Of a stretch of DNA of 64,000 nucleotides, positions 1 to 11,400 are shown one piece after another. The notes under the pieces are model-generated. The model ran no database searches. It had not been told where the DNA came from and saw only the letters and a list, made by a program, of their open reading frames with translations. Each line of letters opens with the position of its first letter. Positions within the stretch are counted from its first letter, which is position 1. The translations under genes and the position numbers were made by a program. The DNA lies in the NCBI RefSeq assembly GCF_031769215.1, contig NW_026782612.1:620001-684000 (forward strand). Reading direction: 5' to 3'. This stretch comes from Ylistrum balloti (Eukaryota).

Positions 1-930
1 CCATGTTACTTTATTGAATAAAGCCATGTTACTTTATTGAATAAAGCCATGTTACTTTATTGAATAAAGACATATGTTACTTTATGGAATAACGTCAAAT
101 TCTACTATTAAAGTAATCTGTTACTTTCTTTGACTATAATCCTATGTAAATTTTATTGATTAAAGTCGTAGGTTATTTTTATTGAATAAAGTCAAATGAT
201 ACTTTTGTTTAAGTCAGGTACTATTTTTATTGATTAAAGTCATATATTACATGTATTTGATAAAGTCATGTTATATTTATTTGATAAAGTCATATGTTAC
301 ATTTATTGATTAAAGTCATATATTACATGTATTTGATAAAGTCATATGTTACATTTATTGATTAAAGTCATACGTTTCATTTATTTGATAAAGTCATATG
401 TTACATTTATTGATTAAAGTCATACGTTTCATTTATTTGATAAAGTCATATGTTACATTTATTGATTAAAGTCATATATTACATGTATTTGATAAAGTCA
501 TATGTTACATTTATTGATTAAAGTCATATATTACATGCATTTGATAAAGTCATATGTTACATTTATTGATTAAAGTCATACGTTTCATTTATTTGATAAA
601 GTCATATGTTACATTTATTGATTAAAGTCATATATTACATGTATTTGATAAAGTCATATGTTACATTTATTGATTAAAGTCATACGTTTCATTTATTTGA
701 TAAAGTCATGTTATATTTATTTGATAAAGTCATATATTACATTTATTTGATAAAGTCATATGCTACATCTCTTTAATAGTCATATGCTACATCTATTTGA
801 TAAAGTCATATGCTAAATCTATTTAATAAAGTCATATATCACATTTATTTTATCAAATCATATGATACATTTATTTAATAAAGTCAGATGCTACATCTAT
901 TTGATAAAGTCATATGTTACATTTATTTAA
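1..930. repeat. AT-rich minisatellite, ~26-bp unit (23-bp at the left end)
   Basis: Repeated ataaagtcatatgttacatttattga. It ends just before the splice acceptor at 953. Confidence 0.95.
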
Positions 931-953
931 TAAAATCACATGTTGCTTTTCAG

Positions 954-2844
954 GTGGTTTTCTTATCACAATGAACATCTCATCTAATGACATCGGTGAA
1001 ACATGCTTACCAATAGACAAAGGGGTTCCCCACTTTGCCAGCTTCTGGTCAGATATGAAAAAAGAGGGTCTGATAACACAGGTTTGCAGTTTTAATTTTG
1101 AAATTTACCTTTTAATAATCTAAATCGTTAGTGACAATCCCGATCCTTCGATTTGTGAATTGTTACAGACGTGTCGCAGACAGGAGAAGCTACAGTTAAT
1201 AAGTTTTTCTGATATATGTGTGTCTCCACCTTTTATCTTATTGGTGTTGTCTTTCATTTTACCTGTCTGTTTGTCTCTCGCGGAGTAAAGATAGCAATTA
1301 TATGTTATATGCCATTATACAATATTAATTTCGTTATGATATATTTAACGGATTTACGCCATCTTGGAAGATTGGAATGAAACCACCAACAATACAGAAC
1401 AGCAACATGATATTGATAATCTATAATCAATATTCTGAAGTTAGTACGTTAAGCTGTTGGTAACATATGAAAGCATTTTCTTTGTTTCCCTTGAGTTGAC
1501 TAAAACAAAACAAAAAAGCAAAAAAAAAAAAAAAAAAAAAGGAGAAATAAATAAGAGGCTTAAGTCAAAGATTTAAAAGCATATTTATTCGCAGGACGAA
1601 TACATAGCAACGAACTTCAACAGCCACTACATGAGAACGCCAGCTGATTTTGCGGAGCCATTCAGCAGCGATATCCCAGAAGTAATGGGCCTAGGCTTGG
1701 AACTTGTGTCTTTGAGATCAGTGAAACACTACCTGCAAAAACCAGTATTTCAAATTGGTAACAAAGGTTAATTGAAATACATATTTACTTACCTATTTCA
1801 GTAAGCATAACATTTTAGCACGAGTGTTCTATTTTAGTGACCCGACATCCACAACGGCGGAGTCCAATCCTTGAAATGTTATATTTTTTTGAAAGCAGTA
1901 CTGGATCACAGATCAACACGAGCAGTTAATTGCTAAATAGTTAAAATATTAGGATAAATAATTTGCAATATACTGAACCTTATTTTCAATATTTAAAGGG
2001 CATAAAAATTCTTAAATTAGTGGACATTTGAATTCGTGAATTATGAGTACTCATGAAATCAACGAAAATAAAAGTACTCACAAAAATTAGTATTTTTACA
2101 GTAATATTTATAGTTAGGCTTTAGCGCGAAATTTTAGGCCCCGCAAAAACAAGCACGATTCACTCACATGGCCGATCATCATATAAGACATGACTCCGGA
2201 AAAGAAACATAACAAGCCGTCCTCTGTCATCTTATTTTTTTCCTTTATCATATCCGATGAAACACATCAATTAAAAAACTTAAGACAGAACTTATATGTT
2301 TTCCTGAACAATAAATTACTAATTAAGATACTTTTTATTAAACATTTACAATTACGTTACGTATTTTGGAACCAATTGATTTTTTTTACATGTTTAGCGA
2401 AGAGATATAAAAAAGTAAAAAAATAGAAATGCACTTGTCACAGCCACTATTTTGTTAAGAATCTCTGTTACAACAAATTCAGCAACGAAGAAAAATAATA
2501 ACGAATCAATGTAGATTGTCTGTCGTTTGAGAACTCCTTATCAGTATTATCTTCTTGGAGGAATGAGCAATGATATAAGAATGTATTAATCTCAAGGGTT
2601 TGTTACAGATGACAACGAAAAGCTAGAGTATTCCAGGGAAACAGTTGCTATGATTTACCCTTGGATGCATCACGTGCTTTACGGGGGATTGTCTAAAAAA
2701 AGAACCGAGGAGGAGAAAGAAAGGATCATTGATAAATTCTTTTCAAGATTACAGATGTATGCGTTTGAACATTCTGCACACAAACCGTACCTCATCTTTA
2801 CAGAAGTAATTGTCAAAAAATGTCAAAGACATGATGTAAAATAA
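954..2844 (+). CDS. SABATH / Methyltransf_7 family SAM-dependent carboxyl methyltransferase, last three coding exons (5' part lies outside the window)
   Basis: Exons 954-1081, 1595-1757 and 2609-2844 have AG/GT ends and compatible phases (0, then 1). Joined protein: GGFLITMNISSNDIGETCLPIDKGVPHFASFWSDMKKEGLITQ|DEYIATNFNSHYMRTPADFAEPFSSDIPEVMGLGLELVSLRSVKHYLQKPVFQI|DDNEKLEYSRETVAMIYPWMHHVLYGGLSKKRTEEEKERIIDKFFSRLQ...KCQRHDVK*. This resembles the SABATH C-terminal half (GG-x-hydrophobic; W-x-D-M-x-x-E-G-L-I; N-x-P-x-Y-x-R-T; E-I-I-D-x-F-F-x-R). Confidence 0.8.
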
Positions 2845-5267
2845 GGATGAGAAATACTAAAAATCATCTTCATTTTTACTTTGGTTTTAAGTTTTCGTCT
2901 TTGTAGAAGCCAGAGAGGTATGATTCTTGCATTGAAATGGTATTTTATAGTGTCATCACACTGAAATGTTACAATGAAGACGTAGTTCAGCACGGCGTTT
3001 CGTCGTTGACGTAATATTAACAACGGGCTCTCGGTTTCCTGTGCATTCTGCTCAGTGCTGAGTGTTAAGTACGGACAGAAAACATCCTTTTTAGTGACTT
3101 TCGTACATGCCAGACAGATCAGAGTGAGGTTATGTCCAAAGAGACGGTCTTATGAACAGATAGAGAAAATACAAAGACCCTCTAGTTTAGGCAACATTTC
3201 GTAACATGAAATAAGATCTTTCAGTACAAATAACTTATCAATGATGACGTTTATGCGTTTTTCAGCAAACGACGTTTCGAAAGAACAAATGTCATTTTGA
3301 TATAAAGTTGGGTATAATAACGTTAAATTTACACCAATTTTACAACTATTCTTGTTATAGATATCAAATTCTTTCTTAGTTTTGTTTTCAACGTAGAAGA
3401 GGTGGAATGGAACGGCATTGTATTTCCATTACAGTGAGGAAGGAATCATCGATTAGACTCCAGCTATGATACAAGCTATAGCGAAAATCAAAGTTTTGTG
3501 TTGTTATTTTTTTCTCATCACACTAATAAAATATCTTGATAACGTGATCTTTTAGAAAAAGTAGGAAAAATTGCAGAAAACATGTTGAAATTAAATGGAT
3601 GTATTTACTCCACGATCATGAGAAGAATTATGTGTGACAAAGACCCTAGACGTTCACGCAATATCATATTTATTTGACGATTCATCGCCACGCGAACAGC
3701 TAAGGCCAACTGATGGCAGAGAGTCGTTGTAATACCTGGTGTTATCCCATCGAACAACATACGGAAGACTCGCCATCTTCCTGAGAAAATTTTACCGCTA
3801 GATGTCGTTGTACACATCGATTTGTTTGTTTCTTTGTTTTTGTGATGTTCATATTTTGTCCTTTCTACATCGACTCTGAGATTGAATAAATATTTTATTG
3901 ACACGTATGCATAATACACAGACAAGATTCCGTAAGAATCAATCTAATACATGTAATATTATAACTTTGACAATAAAATTGCCACAACTATTGTTCCAAG
4001 TTGACGACCTCTCTAATAAAATGTTTCTTGAAATGCAGATTTAGTTTCGTACGAATAGTTGAAAAAATACCAGCGACCATTATAAAATTCTATGGAGAAA
4101 CATAGCGTTACACTGTAGATGTGTGTTACGTTTTAGTACAGTGTTAAGTTGTAAGATTGCAGAAACAGATCATATTATGTGTTTTGATTTAGATAGATAT
4201 TCTTAAGGAAAGGATTCGTGAAATTGATGATACAGAAACTATAACAAGAAAAGTTTCCTACAGGATACTCCATTTAGAAAGAGTCTAATTTTACCGGAAG
4301 TAAGGTTTATACAGTAACTGTACGATCTGCGTTCGCGTACGTATAAGTAGTCCACGTGACCTGGAGATGTATATTAATACGTAAAGTCAACAACTTACTT
4401 AAGAGCTGGAGTGGTTTCAGGTTTATCCGATCGGTTTACATACATGGACCTGCTTACAAAAAGTCAATGTACCTGCAAAACAGTGACACTGTCGCTAACA
4501 TATTTTTCCTTGACCTAGATTTTAACTTTTCGAAAGTAAAACAAACATAGTTAATGACCCCATGTTTTCACAAACGAACCTGTATTTTTGCTTTCGTTTT
4601 TGTAAAGGGGCCCGAGATAGGTGTATCAGAATAGTTATTGTTACTATCATTTAATCAATTTCGAGCATATGTGATAAGCAATGCTTTTAAATATTATCAT
4701 ATGTACTTGAACGATGAATTTCTTAAAGAAACGTTAATGTGAATACTGTTTATGGTAACGAATAATTTGAAAATTCTCTCTACAAACAAAAATAGATAAA
4801 TAAATAAAAAAATCAATAAATCAAAATAAAAAAATGTTGATTTGCCTGGACGTGTTAATCACCAGAAAAAAAAGATCGTATGTTTCGGTTCAATATGAAA
4901 TGTTTATGTTCAACTATTGACATATCAAACTGGCTAGTGACGCAGTTAGACTCCCCCCGTGCTTCCATCCGACGAACTGATTGATGAACGACATAAATTG
5001 AAAAATCTTGTCTCACAGTTGTAGTAAAATTAATCGAGTTTGTCAGGTAACCCCGGGAGATAATATAAAATACAAGATAAGAAAATAAAATAATATCCGG
5101 ATACGAATTGTTGACGATGATAATTAGAACGGGTATAATTGGAATACAATTGTTATTTAAAAAAAAAAAAACATAAAAAAAAAAAAAAAAAAGATATATA
5201 TTGTTCTCTGTTGTACAAAAAAAAATACTGATAGTTTCCCTTTATAGGCCTCGTGCATGAGCCGAAG

Positions 5268-5270
<3 letters not shown>

Positions 5271-5322
<52 letters not shown>
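5271..5322. repeat. (AT)n microsatellite
   Basis: Direct reading. Confidence 0.98.
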
Positions 5323-5325
<3 letters not shown>

Positions 5326-5374
5326 TTCTTCTGTGTACACGATGCATTAGGCCTTGGTGTACATGACCATCAAC

Positions 5375-5453
5375 ATGTCTCCTCGAAATGGAATTATTTC
5401 CAATCGTTTCTACTTCACATTGGTCGGATTGATATTGATAACGCCATCTGAGG
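5375..5453 (+). CDS. CUB-Ig gene, first coding exon (signal peptide)
   Basis: ATG at 5375, hydrophobic stretch FYFTLVGLILIT, strong donor GAG G|gtaagt, phase 1 matches exon 8805. Confidence 0.7.
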
Positions 5454-8400
5454 GTAAGTGACATTAATAGTTTCTGGGAAAAAAACCAGATACGAAGTAT
5501 TTGAATTTCCATCATTACCATGTTGAAAATGAATCCTAATTTGTTTTCTTGTTTGTTTTCTGTGTAAGCATGTTTTCTTGATGAATCACTGTATATAAGT
5601 GAAAATAAAATCACTTTTGAAAAACATTTTTAAAAAATCGGCAATTAATCTGAATACAAAATCAAATATGGGTATTAAAATCATTCAAGCGTAAAAGTCG
5701 GTATCCACCGAAGAGTTCCACGAACTTTCCCGTCATTTGTATATTGTATCTAATTGAAAAATCAAACTGAAAATTGTTCTGAAAATCTCATCACTTAGAA
5801 ATCACCCAATCTCGTAATGCCGAGTTTTTCACAAATACAGAAGGAAAGATTTCTCAATAACGACGTTCCTGGTCTTAAAATCAACTCAACCATGACAGCA
5901 GTTTTATCCCCAGTTAGCCAACGACTTTATTCGTAGATGATCGAAAATGATTTATTGAAAATAATTGATTAATTGGAAAAAAAAAATAAATAAAAAACAA
6001 ACAAAAATTATGTTGTTCCCTATTTTTTTCTTAGTTATGTATCTATAGCCTTACAATATGTGAAATATATTTAAATCTTCTGATTCAAAACTTTTGCCGA
6101 TGTAATGACGGATACAAGTAGTCAGAATTATGTTAGGAAGCAAATATTCTTTATTTATTTGTTGATATTTAACTTCTTGGGTTTAAGAATACCGGCAAAA
6201 TGAACGAAAATGGAACACCTAAGACATATGATGATCTTGCGGTTTAATTACCAGTTCCAGATGATTTTTTATCATGAATATCTTATCATACATTAATAGG
6301 GGATAGTCTTTGTTTCTTGGTGAATATTTACATTTAATCAAACAGGATGAGAAATTTGATACGATAAATATTTCCAAATCAATCGACATACAATAAGTGA
6401 ATACACATCAAGAGCACGGCAAGGCGAGAGTTTGTTACTAATTCAAAAGTCTAACTCTACCAGAGTTGTCGTTCCTGAATTTCGCAATGGATTCTGGGAG
6501 ATTTGTTATCAGTGATCTGATTGGTCAAAATGAATTGAAAAATCAGAACTTCATATTTTCTCTCAGTAAACAGACCACAAGGTTTACACAATAAAACTTC
6601 ATTAAAACTAAGAAAAATAAAATAGGTTCTTAGTAAATTAATTTTGACGTTTCATTGTTTCGTGTTTACAAGGAAGTACATATTCTTTGTAAATTATATT
6701 TTCATTTTCTTTTCAAATACTTTTTCTTTGTAGATCTGAAGTGTTAAAATGTATTTCTGATATAAAGGTGATGACTACCATTTAAGACTTATTTCACCTC
6801 TATCGTACTTTTTACTTTTTTAATTTACAAATGTTAAAGTTTTACAATGCACTACAAAAACGATTGAAAAATCAGGCGGTAACATCTTAGTAAAGACGAC
6901 TGCTTATAGACAAACGAATACATATATTCTATGCATATTAAATGATAGATACGACGCATGCCAAACGATGAATTATAAACTGCATCGTACATCTAGACAT
7001 TTGGCACGGTGCTACTTCGAGCCTCATGTATGCAGACTAAACTATGACGTCAGAAAAGCAAACGAAATATATCAATAATAAATAATTTATCGTATATTTT
7101 ACATAGTGTTGTAATAACTTGTACCCACCAATTCTGTTGCTGATAATTATGGCAATAAATATATGTTTAAATCGAATTAATCAGCATTTCGGCCCTTAAC
7201 ATCACTAGAAGGACGAAACAGCTGTTTGATATAGTTTTATTAGTTAGCCGACTCTTTTGGATCTAGTTCTAAATCAGTATTGAAAAATGTTACTCATATG
7301 TGTATCTACTGTACAATCCCAGTTAAACTCGAGATAATTTACAGTTTATGTCACCATGTTACATATATCGGGTTATTTCGACACCTTCTCAAATCATGTC
7401 TACATCTTTAGCTTTAAATACGTTCATCATTAGTGTAAGTGGTCGGGTGGCGCAGTGGTAACGCGCTCGTCTTTCACCTAACCGCTCCGTGTTCGATTTC
7501 CGGAACGGACGTGAAAAAGTATGGGGTTACCTGCCCGACCACCTGGGTTTCCCCCGGGAATTCTGGTTTCCTCCTATAGTAAGACCCCTCCCATCTGGGC
7601 GAACAAGAGTGATTAATACAAAAATAAATAAAGTGTATATTATATATAAATCATAACTGAATGATAGAAAAACGTTATCCTAATGAAGCCGTTTAGATCT
7701 GATAATCTTTCTACACATTCGACGAAATGAGCCTGGCGTCGTTCCAAATATCTCTGTGTCACGTGATACAAAGTTTTAATTAAAGTGCAAACATGTACTT
7801 GCCGCCTTATTAATTCATTTATACAAAAATAACATAGTTCTACATTCTGTGCATATATTTTAATACACATTTAAATTCACATGCATAATCATTCATTTGC
7901 CGACATGATAGCCAATCAAAAGTAACATAACAAACAGCGACGTCATGCTATATCATAAGAACTAACCAATAACAGCGCTTGTTTCAGGTAAGATTTAATA
8001 ATATATCATAATTTTCGTGCGAAATGTCGGCAACTGACAGACAAATTAGAATGGTACAGATTGATGAAGATTATGGAGACGTTTACTGTCATCATTATGA
8101 TCTCATCGAACAATATTCTATTGAAGCTGGACTTGGATTGACCAAGATTTTCATGGCGGGTTTCGTCGATGAAAAAGAAGACACTTACCCTTCCGGAACA
8201 CCAGGGCCCGTGTTCATGAAACCGTTCTCATGTTCAAGCATGGATTTCGTGCTCAAGCCTTATGTCTTGTTTAAGTTAAAAATTAATAAATAAGAATGAT
8301 TTTGCCGAAGATTTAAATACAATTTTGAAAGGACTTCAAGTCAAATCTATATTCAAGGTTTAAATTTCACATTTGTATTATTTTATATTATTTAGGTGAA

Positions 8401-11400
8401 TTATAAAAAAAATTGCTTGAGCACAAAATCTATGCTTGGGCATGATAATTTCATGGCGGGTTTCGTCGATGAAACAGAAGACACTTATCCTTCTGGAACA
8501 CCTGGTCTTATTGTCCCCGTAAAGTTATTATTGAGTTCTGATTTCTTTGAGATTTCGGTATTTTCTCTGTTGTTATTGATATGATAAACCCTGGAAAATA
8601 GATCTAGTCTGAGTTATGTCCAATCTAGACTTTGGAAGTCCATTTCATAGCCTGGGCTGTACATGTGTAGACATTCAATACTTCAAGTACAGCGACAGGA
8701 GGTCAATTAGTTGAAATAGTAGCAGTAACAAGTAAGAAAGTTTAAATATTAACTAGATCATTAACCTAAGAATTAATTCAAATGACCTTTTTTTTCATTT
8801 GCAGGTTTCGTCAGATCGCACAATTGCCCTGGAAGCCCGCAATACGTGAAGTCCAGTAAACGTTACACAGAGATTGACATTGTTACACGTGCTAGGTATC
8901 ACATTCAGTCCAGTTAATGATTATCTCCTGTGTTTAAAATTCAAGGCCATTAGTATCACTGACGAATCCTACAAGGACAAAATAGCTGTATGATGTAGTA
9001 TCACTGACGAATCCTACAAGGACGAAACAGCTGTATGATGTAGTATCACTGACGACTCCTACAAGGACAAAATAGCTGTATGGTGTAGTATCACTGACGA
9101 GTCCTAGAAGGACAAAACAGCTGTATGATGTAGCATCACTGACGAGTGCTAGACGGACGAAACAGCTGTATGATGTAGTATCACTGACGAATCCTAGAAG
9201 GACGAAATAGCTGTTGGATATAGTATAACTGACGAGTCCTAAGAGGACGAAACAGCTGTATAATATAGTATCACTGACGAGTCCTAGAAGGACGAAACAG
9301 CTGTATGATGTAGTATCACTGACGAGTCCTAGAAGGACGAAACAGGTGTATGATGTAGCATCACTGATCAGTCCTAGAAGGACGAAACAGCTGTATGATG
9401 TAGCAACACTAATTCTTTACTGTGAATAGTGATAATTACTTAGTAGGTATTCTTCTACAGACTTCACAGCATGCTGTTTACTTCTAGGTCTAATCCGAGT
9501 AACTGTACTTGGATCATAGAACGAGATGACTGTAACGGTGTTGGGGTAGAGGTTGACGTCCAGGGATTGGCCCGTCGTAACGACTATTCCCTACACATCA
9601 ACATCTACGATGGTAGGAAATGCTTACTATATAGTCCGGTGTGTATAAATCCTGGGTAACTTTTCTGGTAGGATATGCTGGTGTGTATAAACCCTGGGTA
9701 ACTTTTCTGGTAGGACATGATTACTATATAGTCTGGTGTGTATAAACCCTGGGTAACTTTTCTGGTAAGACATGATAACTATATAGTCTCGTGTGTATAA
9801 ACCATAGGTAACTTTTCTGATAGGATTACTACATGCTGGTGTGTATAAACCCTGGGTAACTTTTCTGGTAGGACATATATATAGTCTCGTGTGTATAAAC
9901 CCTAGGTAACTTTTCTGATAGGACATGCTGGTGTGTATACACCCTAGGTAACATTCCTGGTAAGACATGATTACTATATAGTCTGGTGTGTATAAACCCT
10001 AGGTAACTTTTCTGATAGGACATGCTGGTGTGTATAAACACTGGGTAACTTTTCTGGTAGGACATGCTGGTGTGTATAAACCCTAGGTAACTTTTCTGGT
10101 AGGACATGATTACTATATAGTCTGGTGTGTATAAACCCAGGGTAACTTTTCTGGTAGGACATGGTTACTATATGGTCTGGTGTGTATAAACCCTAGGTAA
10201 CTTTTCTGATAGGACATGCTGGTGTGTATAAACACTGGGTAACTTTTCTGGTAGGATATGCTGGTGTGTATAAACAATGGGTAACTTTTCTGGTAGGACA
10301 TGATTACTATATAGTCTGGTGTGTATAAACCCAGGGTAACATTTCTGGTAGGACATACTGATGTGTATAAACCCAGGGTAACTTTTCTGGTAGGATATGC
10401 TGGTGTATATAAACCCTAGGTAACTTTTCTGGTCGGACATGATTACTATATAGTCTGGTGTGTATAAACCCTGGGTAACTTTTCTGGTAGGAAATGATTA
10501 CTATATAGTCCTGTGTGTATAAACCCTGGGTAACTTTTCTGGTAAGACATGATAACTATATAGTCTCGTGTGTATAAACCCTAGGTAACTTTTCTGATAG
10601 GACATGCTGGTGTGTATACACCCTAGGTAACTTTTCTGATAGGACATGCTGGTGTGTATACACCCTAGGTAACATTCCTGGTAAGACATGATTACTATAT
10701 AGTCTGGTGTGTATAAACCCTGGGTAACTTTTCTGGTAGGAAATGATTACTATATAGTCCGGTGTGTATAAACCCTGGGTAACTTTTCTGGTAAGACATG
10801 ATAACTATATAGTCTCGTGTGTATAAACCATAGGTAACTTTTCTGATAGGACATGCTGGTGTGTATAAACCCTGGGTAACTTTTCTGGTAAGACATGATA
10901 ACTATATAGTCTCGTGTGTATAAACCCTAGGTAACTTTTCTGATAGGACATGCTGGTGTGTATACACCCTAGGTAACATTCCTGGTAAGACATGATTACT
11001 ATATAGTCTGGTGTGTATAAACCCTAGGTAACTTTTCTGATAGGACATGCTGGTGTGTATAAACACTGGGTAACTTTTCTGGTAGGACATGCTGGTGTGT
11101 ATAAACCCTAGGTAACTTTTCTGGTAGGACATGATTACTATATAGTCTGGTGTGTATAAACCCAGGGTAACTTTTCTGGTAGGACATGGTTACTATATGG
11201 TCTGGTGTGTATAAACCCTAGGTAACTTTTCTGATAGGACATGCTGGTGTGTATAAACACTGGGTAACTTTTCTGGTAGGATATGCTGGTGTGTATAAAC
11301 ACTGGGTAACTTTTCTGGTAGGACATGATAACTATATAGTCTGGTGTGTATAAACCCTAGGTAACTTTTCTGATAGGACATGCTGGTGTGTATAAACCCT

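Noticed and set aside
7441-7515. tRNA-like sequence
   Set aside because: It has A and B boxes but no closed cloverleaf, and it continues into a SINE body with other copies in the window.
8024-8293. 89-aa ORF
   Set aside because: It is intronic, runs into a MITE, and has no recognisable homology.
8951-9410. CRISPR-like interpretation of the regular arrays
   Set aside because: There are no unique spacers, the context is eukaryotic and there are no cas genes. Units are contiguous near-identical repeats.
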